A model generated the notes under the pieces. It saw only the letters and a list, made by a program, of their open reading frames with translations. It did no database searches and was not told the DNA's origin. The position numbers and the translations under genes are program-made. 64,000 nucleotides of DNA, from assembly GCA_047150005.1 (NCBI GenBank), contig AP038806.1:3168001-3232000 (forward strand), given 5' to 3'. Shown here piece after piece: positions 18,709-28,427 of the stretch (within the stretch, counting starts at the first letter, position 1; every line of letters starts with the position of its first letter). Origin of the DNA: Nitrospira sp. GTDB taxonomy: Bacteria > Nitrospirota > Nitrospiria > Nitrospirales > Nitrospiraceae.

Positions 18709-19401
18709 TTATCGCGAAGGCCACACACGGGAGTGGATCTCCGACAGGCCCATCTGTTCCAGATTCGGAGCCGTGGCATCGGCTTCGTGCAAATCTTGAA
18801 GCGTATGAGTATTCGCGACGGCCAGTACCTTCATGCCAGCAGCCTTGGCGCCTCGGATGCCAGGGAGGGAATCCTCGATCACGAGACAGGAGCCAGCGGT
18901 CAAGGTGGGATCGTGCAATCGACGCAGAGCCTCCAGCGCCAGCAGAAACGGTTGCGGGTCCGGTTTGCCTCTGGTCACGTCCTCCGCACTGGTGACGTGG
19001 CTGAATTCCTTGCGGAGTCCGGCCTGCTCCAGGATGTATTCGATCTCGTGACGAAGCGCGCCGGAGGCGATCGCCAATGGATGGCGTGCCGCGGCTTCCC
19101 GGACGAGGTCGGCCACTCCGGGGAAAATGACAGGGTGGTCCTTGACGGATTCCAGGTAGGCCGTGGCCTTTCGCTCCATCAACTGCCTGAGCGTCGCGGG
19201 ATCGATCTGCCTGCCGTGGGCCGTCAGAGCGGCGAGGAAACACCCGCGATCGTCATAGCCCAGGTAATTGGCGAAATAATCGGATTCGGTCAGGTCGATA
19301 CCGATCTCGTGGAGCGTTTTCTGCAAACCGGAAAAATGCAGGGGTTCGGTATCGGCGATGACGCCGTCGAAATCGAAAATGAGGGCACGAAGCTGATTCA
19401 T
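18709..19401 (-). CDS. HAD-family phosphatase (beta-PGM-like)
   Basis: FDFDGVIADTE, KPDP, IEDSLPG. Confidence 0.9.
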   Translation of the reverse strand: MNQLRALIFDFDGVIADTEPLHFSGLQKTLHEIGIDLTESDYFANYLGYDDRGCFLAALTAHGRQIDPATLRQLMERKATAYLESVKDHPVIFPGVADLVREAAARHPLAIASGALRHEIEYILEQAGLRKEFSHVTSAEDVTRGKPDPQPFLLALEALRRLHDPTLTAGSCLVIEDSLPGIRGAKAAGMKVLAVANTHTLQDLHEADATAPNLEQMGLSEIHSRVWPSR

Positions 19402-19516
19402 GAACAAGGCCGTACTGCCGGAAGAGCGGGGCGAACGAGAGGGGATTATAGCATAGAGCGGTCGGAAAGAAGGTCGTGTCCTCTCTTGGATGCTCGGCTC
19501 AACGACTCGAGGAGGG

Positions 19517-20209
19517 TTAGAATTTCATACGGAGCCGCTTCTCCGAGACCCACCCTTTCACACCGTCGTCCGAGCGCACGGAATAGACCCAGCCGCTTGG
19601 TTGGAGATCTCCGTCGAGGATGCTGAGAGTGGCTCCAGGACGAATCGACGGACCGGGTTTGGCACCGGCCGGATCCAGAGTCAGCGGGACCATTTCTCCC
19701 GGGGTGGTCGGATTACCCATGACGGTGACCCGCTGTCCTTCCGCGAAGAGGGGAGATGCAGGTGCCCGTCCCGGGGTGATTGCGGCAGGTGCGTCCATCG
19801 GTGGAACAGTGTGAGGTGCGGCCGGAGGCGCACCGGCAGAGGTAGGCGGCATGGATGGCTGGTCTGCGGGAGAAGCCGGGGCCGTGTCGGTGGGCGCCGC
19901 CGGCGCGGGTATCGGGAGCCCGCCGGGAAGGTCTTCTTGTTGGGAGCGTGGAGAGGCCGCAACGGGAGGCACATGCTGTTTGGGACCGCTGTCGCCAAGC
20001 AGCGGGGCGAGCCACTCGGTCAATTGCTCCGGCTCCATAGCGATGTAGCCGATTCCCCCGATCAAGAGGAGCAGCAGCACCCACAGGAGCGGCCGACCCC
20101 CTCCACCCTTCTTGGGTGGTTTGGTCGGAGTCGTTGGTTTGGTGGCAGCGGTTTGATCCAGCTCTTCTTCCGTGAACTCCAGATCCGGTTCCGGTTGGCG
20201 GGCGGCCAT
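19517..20209 (-). CDS. Hypothetical membrane-anchored protein with Pro-rich linker and SH3-like C-terminus
   Basis: One TM helix, Pro/Ala linker, GWVYSVRSDDGVKGWV; GGAGG RBS. Confidence 0.7.
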   Translation of the reverse strand: MAARQPEPDLEFTEEELDQTAATKPTTPTKPPKKGGGGRPLLWVLLLLLIGGIGYIAMEPEQLTEWLAPLLGDSGPKQHVPPVAASPRSQQEDLPGGLPIPAPAAPTDTAPASPADQPSMPPTSAGAPPAAPHTVPPMDAPAAITPGRAPASPLFAEGQRVTVMGNPTTPGEMVPLTLDPAGAKPGPSIRPGATLSILDGDLQPSGWVYSVRSDDGVKGWVSEKRLRMKF

Positions 20210-20323
20210 CCAACACCTCCAGGCTGAACAATCGAACTTGGTCCAATCACGTGAGGGAAATACTTATCACCAACCTCAAACCCTGTCAATTTATGCAGCG
20301 ATTTTGCCCCGGTGGATCGGTTC

Positions 20324-22084
20324 TCAGCAGGTCTGGCTCACTGCGCAGGATAGGACTTGTTCCGCACGACTGCCGGTTCGAAAGACGGTGAGGCCCTTGC
20401 ACCCCAATCGATAGGCGAGCAGGAAGGCATCGGCGACCTGAGCTTTGGTGGCGGCGGCCGACAGATTGATGGTCTTGGACACCCCGCTGTCGCTGTAGTG
20501 CTGGAAAATGGCTTGCATTCTGACATGATGAGCCGGATCGATGTCGTGGGCCGTGACGAACAGACGACGAAGCTGTAACGGAATCATGGAGTGATGCCGG
20601 ATCGAAGGTCCCTCGTTCAGCCGCGGCAGCAAGCGGTCCATATCAAGACCGGCCGCTCGCGCCATCCTGCGGAAGGTCGGATGGAGGGTGATCAGGCGAG
20701 TCCCATCCATGATGGTCCGGACGGTTTGGACGGCGTAGAGCGGCTCGATGCCGGGAGAACATCCCGCAATGATGCTGATGGTTCCGGTGGGGGCGATTGT
20801 GGTCACGGTGGCGTGACGTCGTGGATCGCGCCGCCGAGCGAGACCGCTGCCCGGGTAGGCCGGAAACGGCCCTCGCTCGTCGGCGAGTCGTCGCGAGGCT
20901 TCATGCGCATGAGATTGGACGAAGGCCATCAATCGTGACGCGGTGCGCAGCGCCTCTTCCGTGTCATATGGAATCTCCAACGCGATCAGCAGATCGGCGA
21001 AACCCATGACCCCGAGCCCGATCTTTCTGGTCCGGAGCGTGGCCGTTTCGATGTCGGGCAGGGGGTAGCGGTTGCGATCGAGGACATTATCCAAGAAGCG
21101 GACGGCGAGCGGGATCGTTTCGGCCAGGCGAGCATAGTCGATCTCCGCTCGGCCATTTCGCCGCAAGAGATACCGTGCCACATTGATGGATCCCAGCGTG
21201 CAGGATTCGTAGGGCAGCAGCGGCTGTTCTCCACAAGGATTCGTCGCTTCGATCTCGCCCAGGTGAGCGACCGGGTTCGTCCGGTTGATGGTGTCCAGAT
21301 ACAAGACCCCCGGCTCGCCGGCAGTCCAAGCTGCGTCCACCAGGCGGTCGAACACCAGACGCGCGGGGAGCCGTCCGACGGGCCGACCGGTTCTCGGGTT
21401 CAACAGGGGATAGCGCCCGTTACGGCGCCGGGCCTCCATGAAGGCGTCTGTCAGACCGACCGACAGATTGAAATTCGTCATTTCCCTCGGATTGTTCTTC
21501 AGCACGATGAAATCGAGGATGTCGGGGTGATCGACGCGAAGGACCCCCATATTCGCGCCGCGTCTCATCCCTCCTTGTTTGATGACGTCGGTGGTGAGGT
21601 TGAAGATGCGCATGAAGGATATAGGACCGGATGCGACGCCGCTGGTGGAGGCCACGAGGTCGTCGTGCGGACGGAGTTGACTAAAGGAGAATCCGGTTCC
21701 TCCGCCGGATTGATGGATCAGCGCCTGGTCCCGCACGCTCTCAAGAATGGCGGACAGCGAGTCCTCCACCGGCAGGACAAAGCAGGCGGAGAGTTGTTGA
21801 AGAGGCCGACCGGCGTTCATCAACGTCGGTGAATTGGGAAGGAAGTCGAGGCTCGCCATCATATCGTAGAAACGCGCTGCAGACCGAGGAAGGCGGCCTC
21901 GGGTCGGATAGCGTCGTTCCGCCCGAGCCACGTCCGAGGCGATGCGCCTGAACATATGAGCGGGAGTTTCGACGACCCGTCCTTTGCGGTCCCGTGCTAG
22001 GTATCGCTGACGCAAGACCAAGCGGGCCCCCCGGGAGAGCGATCCCCTGTGACTCGGAAAGGCTGTCGAAGACGTATCGGACAT
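20324..22084 (-). CDS. nrdJ: Adenosylcobalamin-dependent (class II) ribonucleotide reductase
   Basis: PNSPTLMNAG, SACFV, RRGANMG, NPCGEQ, TIAPTGT, SKTIN. ORF-track extension to 22852 rejected. Confidence 0.9.
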   Translation of the reverse strand: MSDTSSTAFPSHRGSLSRGARLVLRQRYLARDRKGRVVETPAHMFRRIASDVARAERRYPTRGRLPRSAARFYDMMASLDFLPNSPTLMNAGRPLQQLSACFVLPVEDSLSAILESVRDQALIHQSGGGTGFSFSQLRPHDDLVASTSGVASGPISFMRIFNLTTDVIKQGGMRRGANMGVLRVDHPDILDFIVLKNNPREMTNFNLSVGLTDAFMEARRRNGRYPLLNPRTGRPVGRLPARLVFDRLVDAAWTAGEPGVLYLDTINRTNPVAHLGEIEATNPCGEQPLLPYESCTLGSINVARYLLRRNGRAEIDYARLAETIPLAVRFLDNVLDRNRYPLPDIETATLRTRKIGLGVMGFADLLIALEIPYDTEEALRTASRLMAFVQSHAHEASRRLADERGPFPAYPGSGLARRRDPRRHATVTTIAPTGTISIIAGCSPGIEPLYAVQTVRTIMDGTRLITLHPTFRRMARAAGLDMDRLLPRLNEGPSIRHHSMIPLQLRRLFVTAHDIDPAHHVRMQAIFQHYSDSGVSKTINLSAAATKAQVADAFLLAYRLGCKGLTVFRTGSRAEQVLSCAVSQTC

Positions 22085-22192
22085 GCTGATCACCATTATA
22101 TCGTTTTTGAGGCGGCGGTTTGCCGATAGAGTCCGGTCTTGCATCCGTCCCGTCCGTTTGACGAGAATATCGGACGAGATGGGGAGCACGGC

Positions 22193-22606
22193 ATGAAGTC
22201 CTATCGTGAAGAGATCTGGTTCGAAACCAAGGCTCGCCGGGAGTACATCAATATCACCCGGCAAGTGGAAGCGGTCGTGCGGAAGAGCGGCGTCACCGAA
22301 GGATTGGTGCTCGTCAATGCCATGCACATTACCGCAAGCGTGTACATCAACGACGATGAGGCGGGGCTTCTGCAGGACTACGATCGATTCCTTGAGGACT
22401 TGGCTCCCCACGGCGCCTCCTATCGCCACAATGAAACCGGTGAGGACAACGCGGACGCCCATATCAAACGTCAGGTGATGGGACGGGAGGTCGTGGTGGC
22501 GATCACCGGCGGCCGGCTTGACTTCGGGCCGTGGGAACAGATCTTCTATGGGGAGTTCGACGGGCGGCGACGCAAGCGCGTTCTTGTGAAAGTCATCGGT
22601 GAATAG
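22193..22606 (+). CDS. yjbQ: YjbQ/UPF0047 family protein
   Basis: [28 protein letters not shown]. Confidence 0.9.
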   Translation: MKSYREEIWFETKARREYINITRQVEAVVRKSGVTEGLVLVNAMHITASVYINDDEAGLLQDYDRFLEDLAPHGASYRHNETGEDNADAHIKRQVMGREVVVAITGGRLDFGPWEQIFYGEFDGRRRKRVLVKVIGE

Positions 22607-22714
22607 CGAAGCCTGATCGCATCCGCGCGGGAGCCGCGATGCCGAACCGCTCCGACGCTTGCTCCCCGCGCAAAAGTTTGGCAACATGGTGATCGTCCAC
22701 ATCCCGAGGAAGCT

Positions 22715-23731
22715 ATGATGCTCGGTTGGTCCCGTCCAGATCCGTTGACCAGGGATCTCATTCATTTGATCAACGCCCGTCGCCACGATCATGGCGATAC
22801 CGACGCGGCCATCGACACCCTGCAGGCCTTTCTTGAGCAAGGCCGCGAGCATGACTTGTTGACGGTGCTGGCGGCGCTTGACGAAGACATGGCGGAATGG
22901 CTCTTCGACCTGGTTGCCGAGGCCTCTTGTGCCATTCTGATGGACGGCCCGGCGGATGAAAAGTTGTCGTATGCCGTCATGGCCGCCTTAGAGCTGCCGC
23001 TGCAGGCGAATCTCACCCATCCGTTGAAGCTCAAGATCGACCCCGTGGCCACCGCTGATCTGCTGCACCGCCATCTGCGGCTTCCGTCCGGAACTGTCGT
23101 GCGCGTCGAAGCCCGGTTGCTCACGGATGCGACTCTGGAACCGTTGAGCCTCCAGTCTCTCAATGAACATCTCAGCACCGTGGCCGACTCCCAGCGCGTC
23201 CATTCGATCGCCGCCCGGTTGTATCCGCCGGTCGAGAACACGGCGTTTCTCCTGTTCGAACTGATCGGGGTTCCCGACGCAGGGTTGCCGGATTCTCTGG
23301 AAGATCCTCATCGACGGGCCCTATTGGAAGGTCTGGTGGAGCAGTGCCCCGAGCTTGCGCATGCACCGGATTCGATCGAAGCTCCCGTCTACGCCGCCTA
23401 CGCGATGTTCGACGCCCAGAATGCCGTGCGGCTTCACCGCTTGGCGGATGAAACGGCCGCAGTCTGGCGAGATCTGGATCCCTTGGTTCGGGCGCGGACG
23501 ATCGTCCATCTCCATACGCAGTGCGGCAACGGTGTGTACATGCCGGTCTGGACGGATTTGTTCGATCCGGAGCTTCCGGAAGAACACGGACCGGTTTGGA
23601 CTTCACCGGATGTGTGGGTCTTCACGGCCGATCTCCCCATCGAGTGGCCCGGTGAAATGCTCACCAATCGTCTTCTCGCCGAAGGCTGTACGCGATTCGA
23701 AAACCACATCGTCGAGGCCCCGGAAAACTAG
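22715..23731 (+). CDS. Hypothetical acidic protein
   Basis: 338-aa ORF with GAGG RBS; no family recognised. Confidence 0.7.
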   Translation: MMLGWSRPDPLTRDLIHLINARRHDHGDTDAAIDTLQAFLEQGREHDLLTVLAALDEDMAEWLFDLVAEASCAILMDGPADEKLSYAVMAALELPLQANLTHPLKLKIDPVATADLLHRHLRLPSGTVVRVEARLLTDATLEPLSLQSLNEHLSTVADSQRVHSIAARLYPPVENTAFLLFELIGVPDAGLPDSLEDPHRRALLEGLVEQCPELAHAPDSIEAPVYAAYAMFDAQNAVRLHRLADETAAVWRDLDPLVRARTIVHLHTQCGNGVYMPVWTDLFDPELPEEHGPVWTSPDVWVFTADLPIEWPGEMLTNRLLAEGCTRFENHIVEAPEN

Positions 23732-23893
23732 CCCGCTCGCATCACGACCCCGGACGATCCGTTCCGGTCCCCGCCGCTCCGATACGGGCGTCATCGCCGT
23801 ACCGAGGCCGCGATTCCCTACGCACCTGTCGAAGCCGATACGACGCGAGTGCGGAATCCCGACATTTCATCGATTTTTCAGAACCGCTGTCTT

Positions 23894-24553
23894 ATGCTGG
23901 CCCGTAGCACGGCAGGGAGAATCGTGGCGCAACAGGATGCATGGAGTCGAATCGCCGCCGGGGCGATCACCGTGGTCGGACTGACATCGGTCTGGCTTGC
24001 CGTGGTCACGAGTCTTCCGACGCAGGAAGAATTGGCCGGAGACGCGTTGCAGCCGGCGCGGGTCGCCTCTGCTGCTCCGGTGGTTCCGGTCGAGCCGAGT
24101 CTGGATCTGTCCGTTCCTGGTGTCGTCGCTTCCGTTCCGCCCGCGGCACAATCCGCCGAGCAGAGCCCTTCTGATCCGTCCGGCGAAGCCCGAAGCAGCC
24201 TCCCAATCGTCGATGCCCGCACGACGCAGATTACGCGGTTGAAATGCGAAGCGAAGGTCGAGCAGGTGTGTCCTGACGGGATGGAAGGGGCAGGAACGTT
24301 CAGATGCCTGGAACGGCGCATGAAAGACCTGCCGCCGCCTTGCCAAGCGATGGTCCGGGAGCGATTTGTGAAATGGAAAGAAGATCGGAGCCGCACCCTG
24401 GCTGCCTGTCGAGACGATGTGAGGCGATTGTGCGCGACGATGAGGCCCGGGGACGGCCGAGTGATGCAGTGTTTACAGGACCATGCGCAGGACGTGTCCG
24501 ACCGCTGCTACCAAACGCTGCCCAAAGGCGTGTTGTTGTTCCGCCAGCAGTAA
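23894..24553 (+). CDS. Membrane-anchored cysteine-rich repeat protein (GLG1/Cys_rich_FGFR-like)
   Basis: N-terminal TM; two repeats C..D/K..xxC...G....CL.......LS/LP..C. Start uncertain (23849 or 23894). Confidence 0.7.
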   Translation: MLARSTAGRIVAQQDAWSRIAAGAITVVGLTSVWLAVVTSLPTQEELAGDALQPARVASAAPVVPVEPSLDLSVPGVVASVPPAAQSAEQSPSDPSGEARSSLPIVDARTTQITRLKCEAKVEQVCPDGMEGAGTFRCLERRMKDLPPPCQAMVRERFVKWKEDRSRTLAACRDDVRRLCATMRPGDGRVMQCLQDHAQDVSDRCYQTLPKGVLLFRQQ

Positions 24554-24565
24554 GTGCGATCGCAT

Positions 24566-25270
24566 CTATTTGGCTGGGCCGAGCCGGTAGAACGTCAGAC
24601 TGACGCCCGCGACCTGGATGTGGTCCCCGTTTTTGAGCTGTTGCTGTCCCGTCACGTCCTGTTCGTTGACCAGCAAAGTCTTCCCCCCTTGGGCCAAGCT
24701 CACAAAATAGGCCCCTCCCCGCTGGATGATTTGAGCGGCTGATTTCGGCGCGAACCAGCCGGTCAGTCGAATCGCCGCGCCCGGCTGGGAGCCGATCGAG
24801 CTCACGGGCTTGTTCAGAAGATATTCCAACCGGTCCGTGCTGCCGTGGGTCACGATGACTTTCGCGGACGGAGACGCGGCCGCGGCGCGCGACTCTCCGC
24901 CGCTGATGACCACGGTTTCATCCACGACGGTAGACGGAGGCGATGCTGCTGCGGCTGAAGCGGCCGGCTCCTGAAAAATGATCCGATGCCGGCCGATGGT
25001 GATCACGTCCGAGTCCCGCAACTGATGTCGCTCCACGCGCAGGCCGTTGACCGAAGACCCGTTTGTGCTCTTGAGATCCTCGAGAAAGTACACGGCCTGG
25101 ACTTTGACGATCCGGGCATGATGGCCTGACACGGTGTGATCGTCGATCGACAGGTCGTTCTCGGCTTTCCGGCCGATGGTGAACAGGTCGTTCACGATCT
25201 CGATCGTGCGCGAGCCTTGTCCGTGCAATTTCACGAGCAGTTTGGCCTGTGCGGCCGCGGTGTCAGCCAT
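24566..25270 (-). CDS. Double FHA domain protein
   Basis: TIGRKAENDL..VSGHHA..DLKSTNG; the second FHA-like domain is degenerate. Confidence 0.88.
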   Translation of the reverse strand: MADTAAAQAKLLVKLHGQGSRTIEIVNDLFTIGRKAENDLSIDDHTVSGHHARIVKVQAVYFLEDLKSTNGSSVNGLRVERHQLRDSDVITIGRHRIIFQEPAASAAAASPPSTVVDETVVISGGESRAAAASPSAKVIVTHGSTDRLEYLLNKPVSSIGSQPGAAIRLTGWFAPKSAAQIIQRGGAYFVSLAQGGKTLLVNEQDVTGQQQLKNGDHIQVAGVSLTFYRLGPAK

Positions 25271-25291
25271 GGGAAGTCTCCTCGCGCCGGA

Positions 25292-26113
25292 CTATGAAGC
25301 CATGGGAAACCATCGCTGCGTCAAGCGTCGCCAGAACGGGCTCGATGCTTTGTCGAACAGGCTGAGCAGCAGCACGGTCGTGTTGTCGTCGCCTCCCGCC
25401 GCATTGGCCATGGTAAGAAGCCGATCGGTGGAATCCTCCATGTCCGACGCCGTTTCGACGGTACGAAGAATGTCCGGCGGACGAACTCCACGGGTGAGTC
25501 CGTCGGAGCAGAGAAGGAACCGATCGCCGTGTCGGACCGGAATCTCTCCGAGCTCGATGTCGACGACTCGCTCCACGCCCAGCGCCCTGGTGACGATATT
25601 GCGCTTGGAGGAGCATTCGGCTTCGTCCTCCGTCATGAGACCTCGCCTGACCTGTTCGGCCACCCAAGAGTGATCCGCCGTCAAGGCGTCGATTTTGCCG
25701 TTGCGGATGAGATAGAGCCGGCTGTCTCCGACATGGGCGATCGAGAGGAGGTCCTCCGACAGGCAGGCGGCCACGATGGTCGTGCCCATGCCGGCATAGG
25801 CTGGGTTGGTCCAGGAGGCCTCATGGATCGTTTCGTTCGCGGCGCGGATAGCCCCAGCCAGTCGATGGGTGTTCGGGGAGAGATTGGCGTCCGGAAAACG
25901 CGCCGCACAGTCGTCATTCTGTCGAATGGTTCGGAGATGAGCGTGAATGGTCTCGATCGCTAGCATGCTGGCCACCTCTCCCGCGTTGCCGCCTCCCATC
26001 CCGTCACAGACGGCGTAGACTCCGAGCGCAGGGTCGGCCAGGAAACGGTCCTCGTTGTGCGTCCGCTTCAGTCCCATATCCGACCTGGCACTATGGAGGG
26101 TCCGCATCGGCAT
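25292..26113 (-). CDS. PP2C-family Ser/Thr phosphatase (Stp1-like)
   Basis: RTHNED, CDGMGG, GMGTT, HVGDSR, LCSDGL, GGDDNTT. Confidence 0.92.
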   Translation of the reverse strand: MPMRTLHSARSDMGLKRTHNEDRFLADPALGVYAVCDGMGGGNAGEVASMLAIETIHAHLRTIRQNDDCAARFPDANLSPNTHRLAGAIRAANETIHEASWTNPAYAGMGTTIVAACLSEDLLSIAHVGDSRLYLIRNGKIDALTADHSWVAEQVRRGLMTEDEAECSSKRNIVTRALGVERVVDIELGEIPVRHGDRFLLCSDGLTRGVRPPDILRTVETASDMEDSTDRLLTMANAAGGDDNTTVLLLSLFDKASSPFWRRLTQRWFPMAS

Positions 26114-26123
26114 GGCTCCCCAC

Positions 26124-27524
26124 TCAGGCCGCAAGGCTCTGGAGGCAGGCTCGGAGATCCCGCGCAAACTCCCCGGCGCGGCGATATCGCTGCGGGAGTT
26201 CCTTCTGCAGTGCGCGGTCGAGTACTTCCTGAAACATCCGAGGAAGATCCGTTCGCAACTCGTTCAAGGGCGGGTGCGGCTGGTGGGCGATGGCAAAGAG
26301 CAGCGCCGAAAGGTTGTCTGCGGTGAACGGCGGACGGCCGGTCAGCATCTCGAACAGGACCACTCCGAGCGAAAAGATATCGGACCGTCCGTCCACCTTC
26401 TTACCGGCGATCTGCTCGGGCGACATATAGGTCGGGGTACCCAGTACGAGATCGGTCTGGGTCCTGCTGCTCGAGGCCATCTTGGCGATGCCGAAGTCCA
26501 TGACCTTCACGATCCGATCTTTGGTCAGCATGATGTTGGCCGGCTTCACGTCCCGATGGACCACTCCCTGCTGATGTGCATGGTCCAAGGCCTCCGCCAC
26601 GGTGGTCAAGGCATGCACGACGTCCGCGACCGACATCAAGTTCGGCGGTCGCGACCATTGCTTGAGAGAGCTGCCTTCCAAGACTTCCATCGCGATGTAT
26701 CCGAGTTCGTCCTGCTCGCCGGCGTCGTAGATCGTGACGATGTTGGGATGGGAGAGCCGACCGGCCGATTCCGCCTCGCGGAAAAAGCGGGCTTTGACCT
26801 CCTGCAATTTCGTGCTGTCGTCGATCTGGTCCAAGTGCATGGTCTTGATCGCCACGAATCGCTGGATCGTCGGGTCCTTGCCGAGATAGACGACGCCCAT
26901 GGCCCCACGTCCCAGCTCTTTCAGGACCTTGTACCGACCGAGCATGGGGGGAGGGGTTCCGGTCTGAAGCACGGCGGTCGATCCCTCCTGTGGTGCGTCG
27001 TCTTGCGCACGACCGATGTCCGTCTCGCCCGATGCTTCATCGGACGCGGTGCGCAGGCCGGAACGCTTGACGTTCCTGACAGGACAGAACGTTTCCCGCA
27101 ATGAGCCGAGATGACTCAACCACATCACGGTGAGCCATAGACCGGAGGCGATCATTGCGAAGGTGTAAGCCCAGAGGTAGCGAACCGAACCGATGCGTTC
27201 CACCAAGGGCAATCCGACCCCGCGAAACGCCTTGTCGCCGTAGATGACGGCGATCAAGGCTGCAAGCGGGATGACGATATGCCGGAGAAAGCTGGAGCCC
27301 CGGCCATTGTCCGGGATTTCCCGATAGGCGTTCATGGCGAGGGAGAGGAGCAGTGCCAGGGCGACCACATCTGCACCCAGGCGAACGGCGGCACCGCCGC
27401 TGAGGGACAAAGCCGGTACGGAAACAGTGTGAATGGCCGTCAGGTTGCCGAGAATGGGGCCTGCAAGCAGTGCCGCCAGAATACCGACAATGTGCGGAAT
27501 CAGCCAGTTCCAGGCCATCGACAT
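26124..27524 (-). CDS. Hanks-type Ser/Thr protein kinase with N-terminal TM bundle
   Basis: GRGAMGVV, VAIK, HRDVKPAN, DFG, GTPTYMSPE; about 4 hydrophobic N-terminal segments. Confidence 0.92.
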   Translation of the reverse strand: MSMAWNWLIPHIVGILAALLAGPILGNLTAIHTVSVPALSLSGGAAVRLGADVVALALLLSLAMNAYREIPDNGRGSSFLRHIVIPLAALIAVIYGDKAFRGVGLPLVERIGSVRYLWAYTFAMIASGLWLTVMWLSHLGSLRETFCPVRNVKRSGLRTASDEASGETDIGRAQDDAPQEGSTAVLQTGTPPPMLGRYKVLKELGRGAMGVVYLGKDPTIQRFVAIKTMHLDQIDDSTKLQEVKARFFREAESAGRLSHPNIVTIYDAGEQDELGYIAMEVLEGSSLKQWSRPPNLMSVADVVHALTTVAEALDHAHQQGVVHRDVKPANIMLTKDRIVKVMDFGIAKMASSSRTQTDLVLGTPTYMSPEQIAGKKVDGRSDIFSLGVVLFEMLTGRPPFTADNLSALLFAIAHQPHPPLNELRTDLPRMFQEVLDRALQKELPQRYRRAGEFARDLRACLQSLAA

Positions 27525-27581
27525 CGGGCAGGGTCTCGGTGATGATGAACCGGCTTCAGTGTAGCGAAACGGGTCGGAGAG

Positions 27582-28427
27582 TCAACGAATTGCCGCTTCT
27601 TTCATTGCCGTCAGAAGGTTCGGCTTGATGTGCAAATCGCCGCGTCCCGTTCCGACCTCGATGTCGGGTTTGGTGACGCCGTGAAAATCGCTCCCTCCGG
27701 TGACGAGAAGATTGAATTGGCGGCTGAGGTTCAGGTAGGCAGCTGTTTGCGATTTCGTATGGGTGCTGTAATGGACCTCAATACCGGCCAGACCTTGATC
27801 TTTTAGCTCCGCAATGCAGACGGCGAGTTCAGAACCGGCTGTTTTGACCCAGGTGGGATGAGCCAGGACGGCCAGACCTCCGGCTTCGCGGATCCAGGAG
27901 ATCGCCTCTGCGGGGGTCGGGAGTTCCCTGGCCACATAGGCCGGGCGGCCTTCCGCCAGATACCGGTCGAACGCCTCTTTCGCCGAGGTCACATACCGTT
28001 TTTTCATGAGCAGTTGAGCGATGTGTGGCCTGCCCACGGCGTCCGTTCCGGCCAGTGCTTGAACCTCTTCGTAGGTGACGTCCAAACCGGCGGCACGGAG
28101 CCGTTCCACAATGAGAGGATTGCGGCGGTGGCGGCTGGCGCGCAACGACACTAACCGGTCGTTGAAGATCGGGTTCTTCCAATCGACAAAGTAGCCCAGG
28201 ATGTGCAATTCACTCCTGCCGTCGAACGAACTGATCTCGACTCCCGGTACGACCTCGATGCCGAGCGCCTCACCGCTCGCAATGGCCTCGGGGAGTCCGG
28301 AGGTGATGTCGTGATCCGTGATGGCCAGAGCTGTGACGGAGGCGGCCTTCGCCAGTGCGAGGACCTCCGAAGGTCGGAGGCTTCCGTCCGAATGGGTGGT
28401 GTGCAGGTGCAAATCGATGCGACTCAT
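27582..28427 (-). CDS. PHP-domain phosphoesterase (TrpH/YciV-like)
   Basis: DLHLHTTHSDG, ITDHD, GRPH, LAHP, GGSDFHG. Confidence 0.9.
   Translation of the reverse strand: MSRIDLHLHTTHSDGSLRPSEVLALAKAASVTALAITDHDITSGLPEAIASGEALGIEVVPGVEISSFDGRSELHILGYFVDWKNPIFNDRLVSLRASRHRRNPLIVERLRAAGLDVTYEEVQALAGTDAVGRPHIAQLLMKKRYVTSAKEAFDRYLAEGRPAYVARELPTPAEAISWIREAGGLAVLAHPTWVKTAGSELAVCIAELKDQGLAGIEVHYSTHTKSQTAAYLNLSRQFNLLVTGGSDFHGVTKPDIEVGTGRGDLHIKPNLLTAMKEAAIR

Noticed and set aside
22085..22852. N-terminal ~256-aa extension of the nrdJ ORF
   Set aside because: Runs antisense across yjbQ and into the next gene; RNR-like sequence begins only near 22084.
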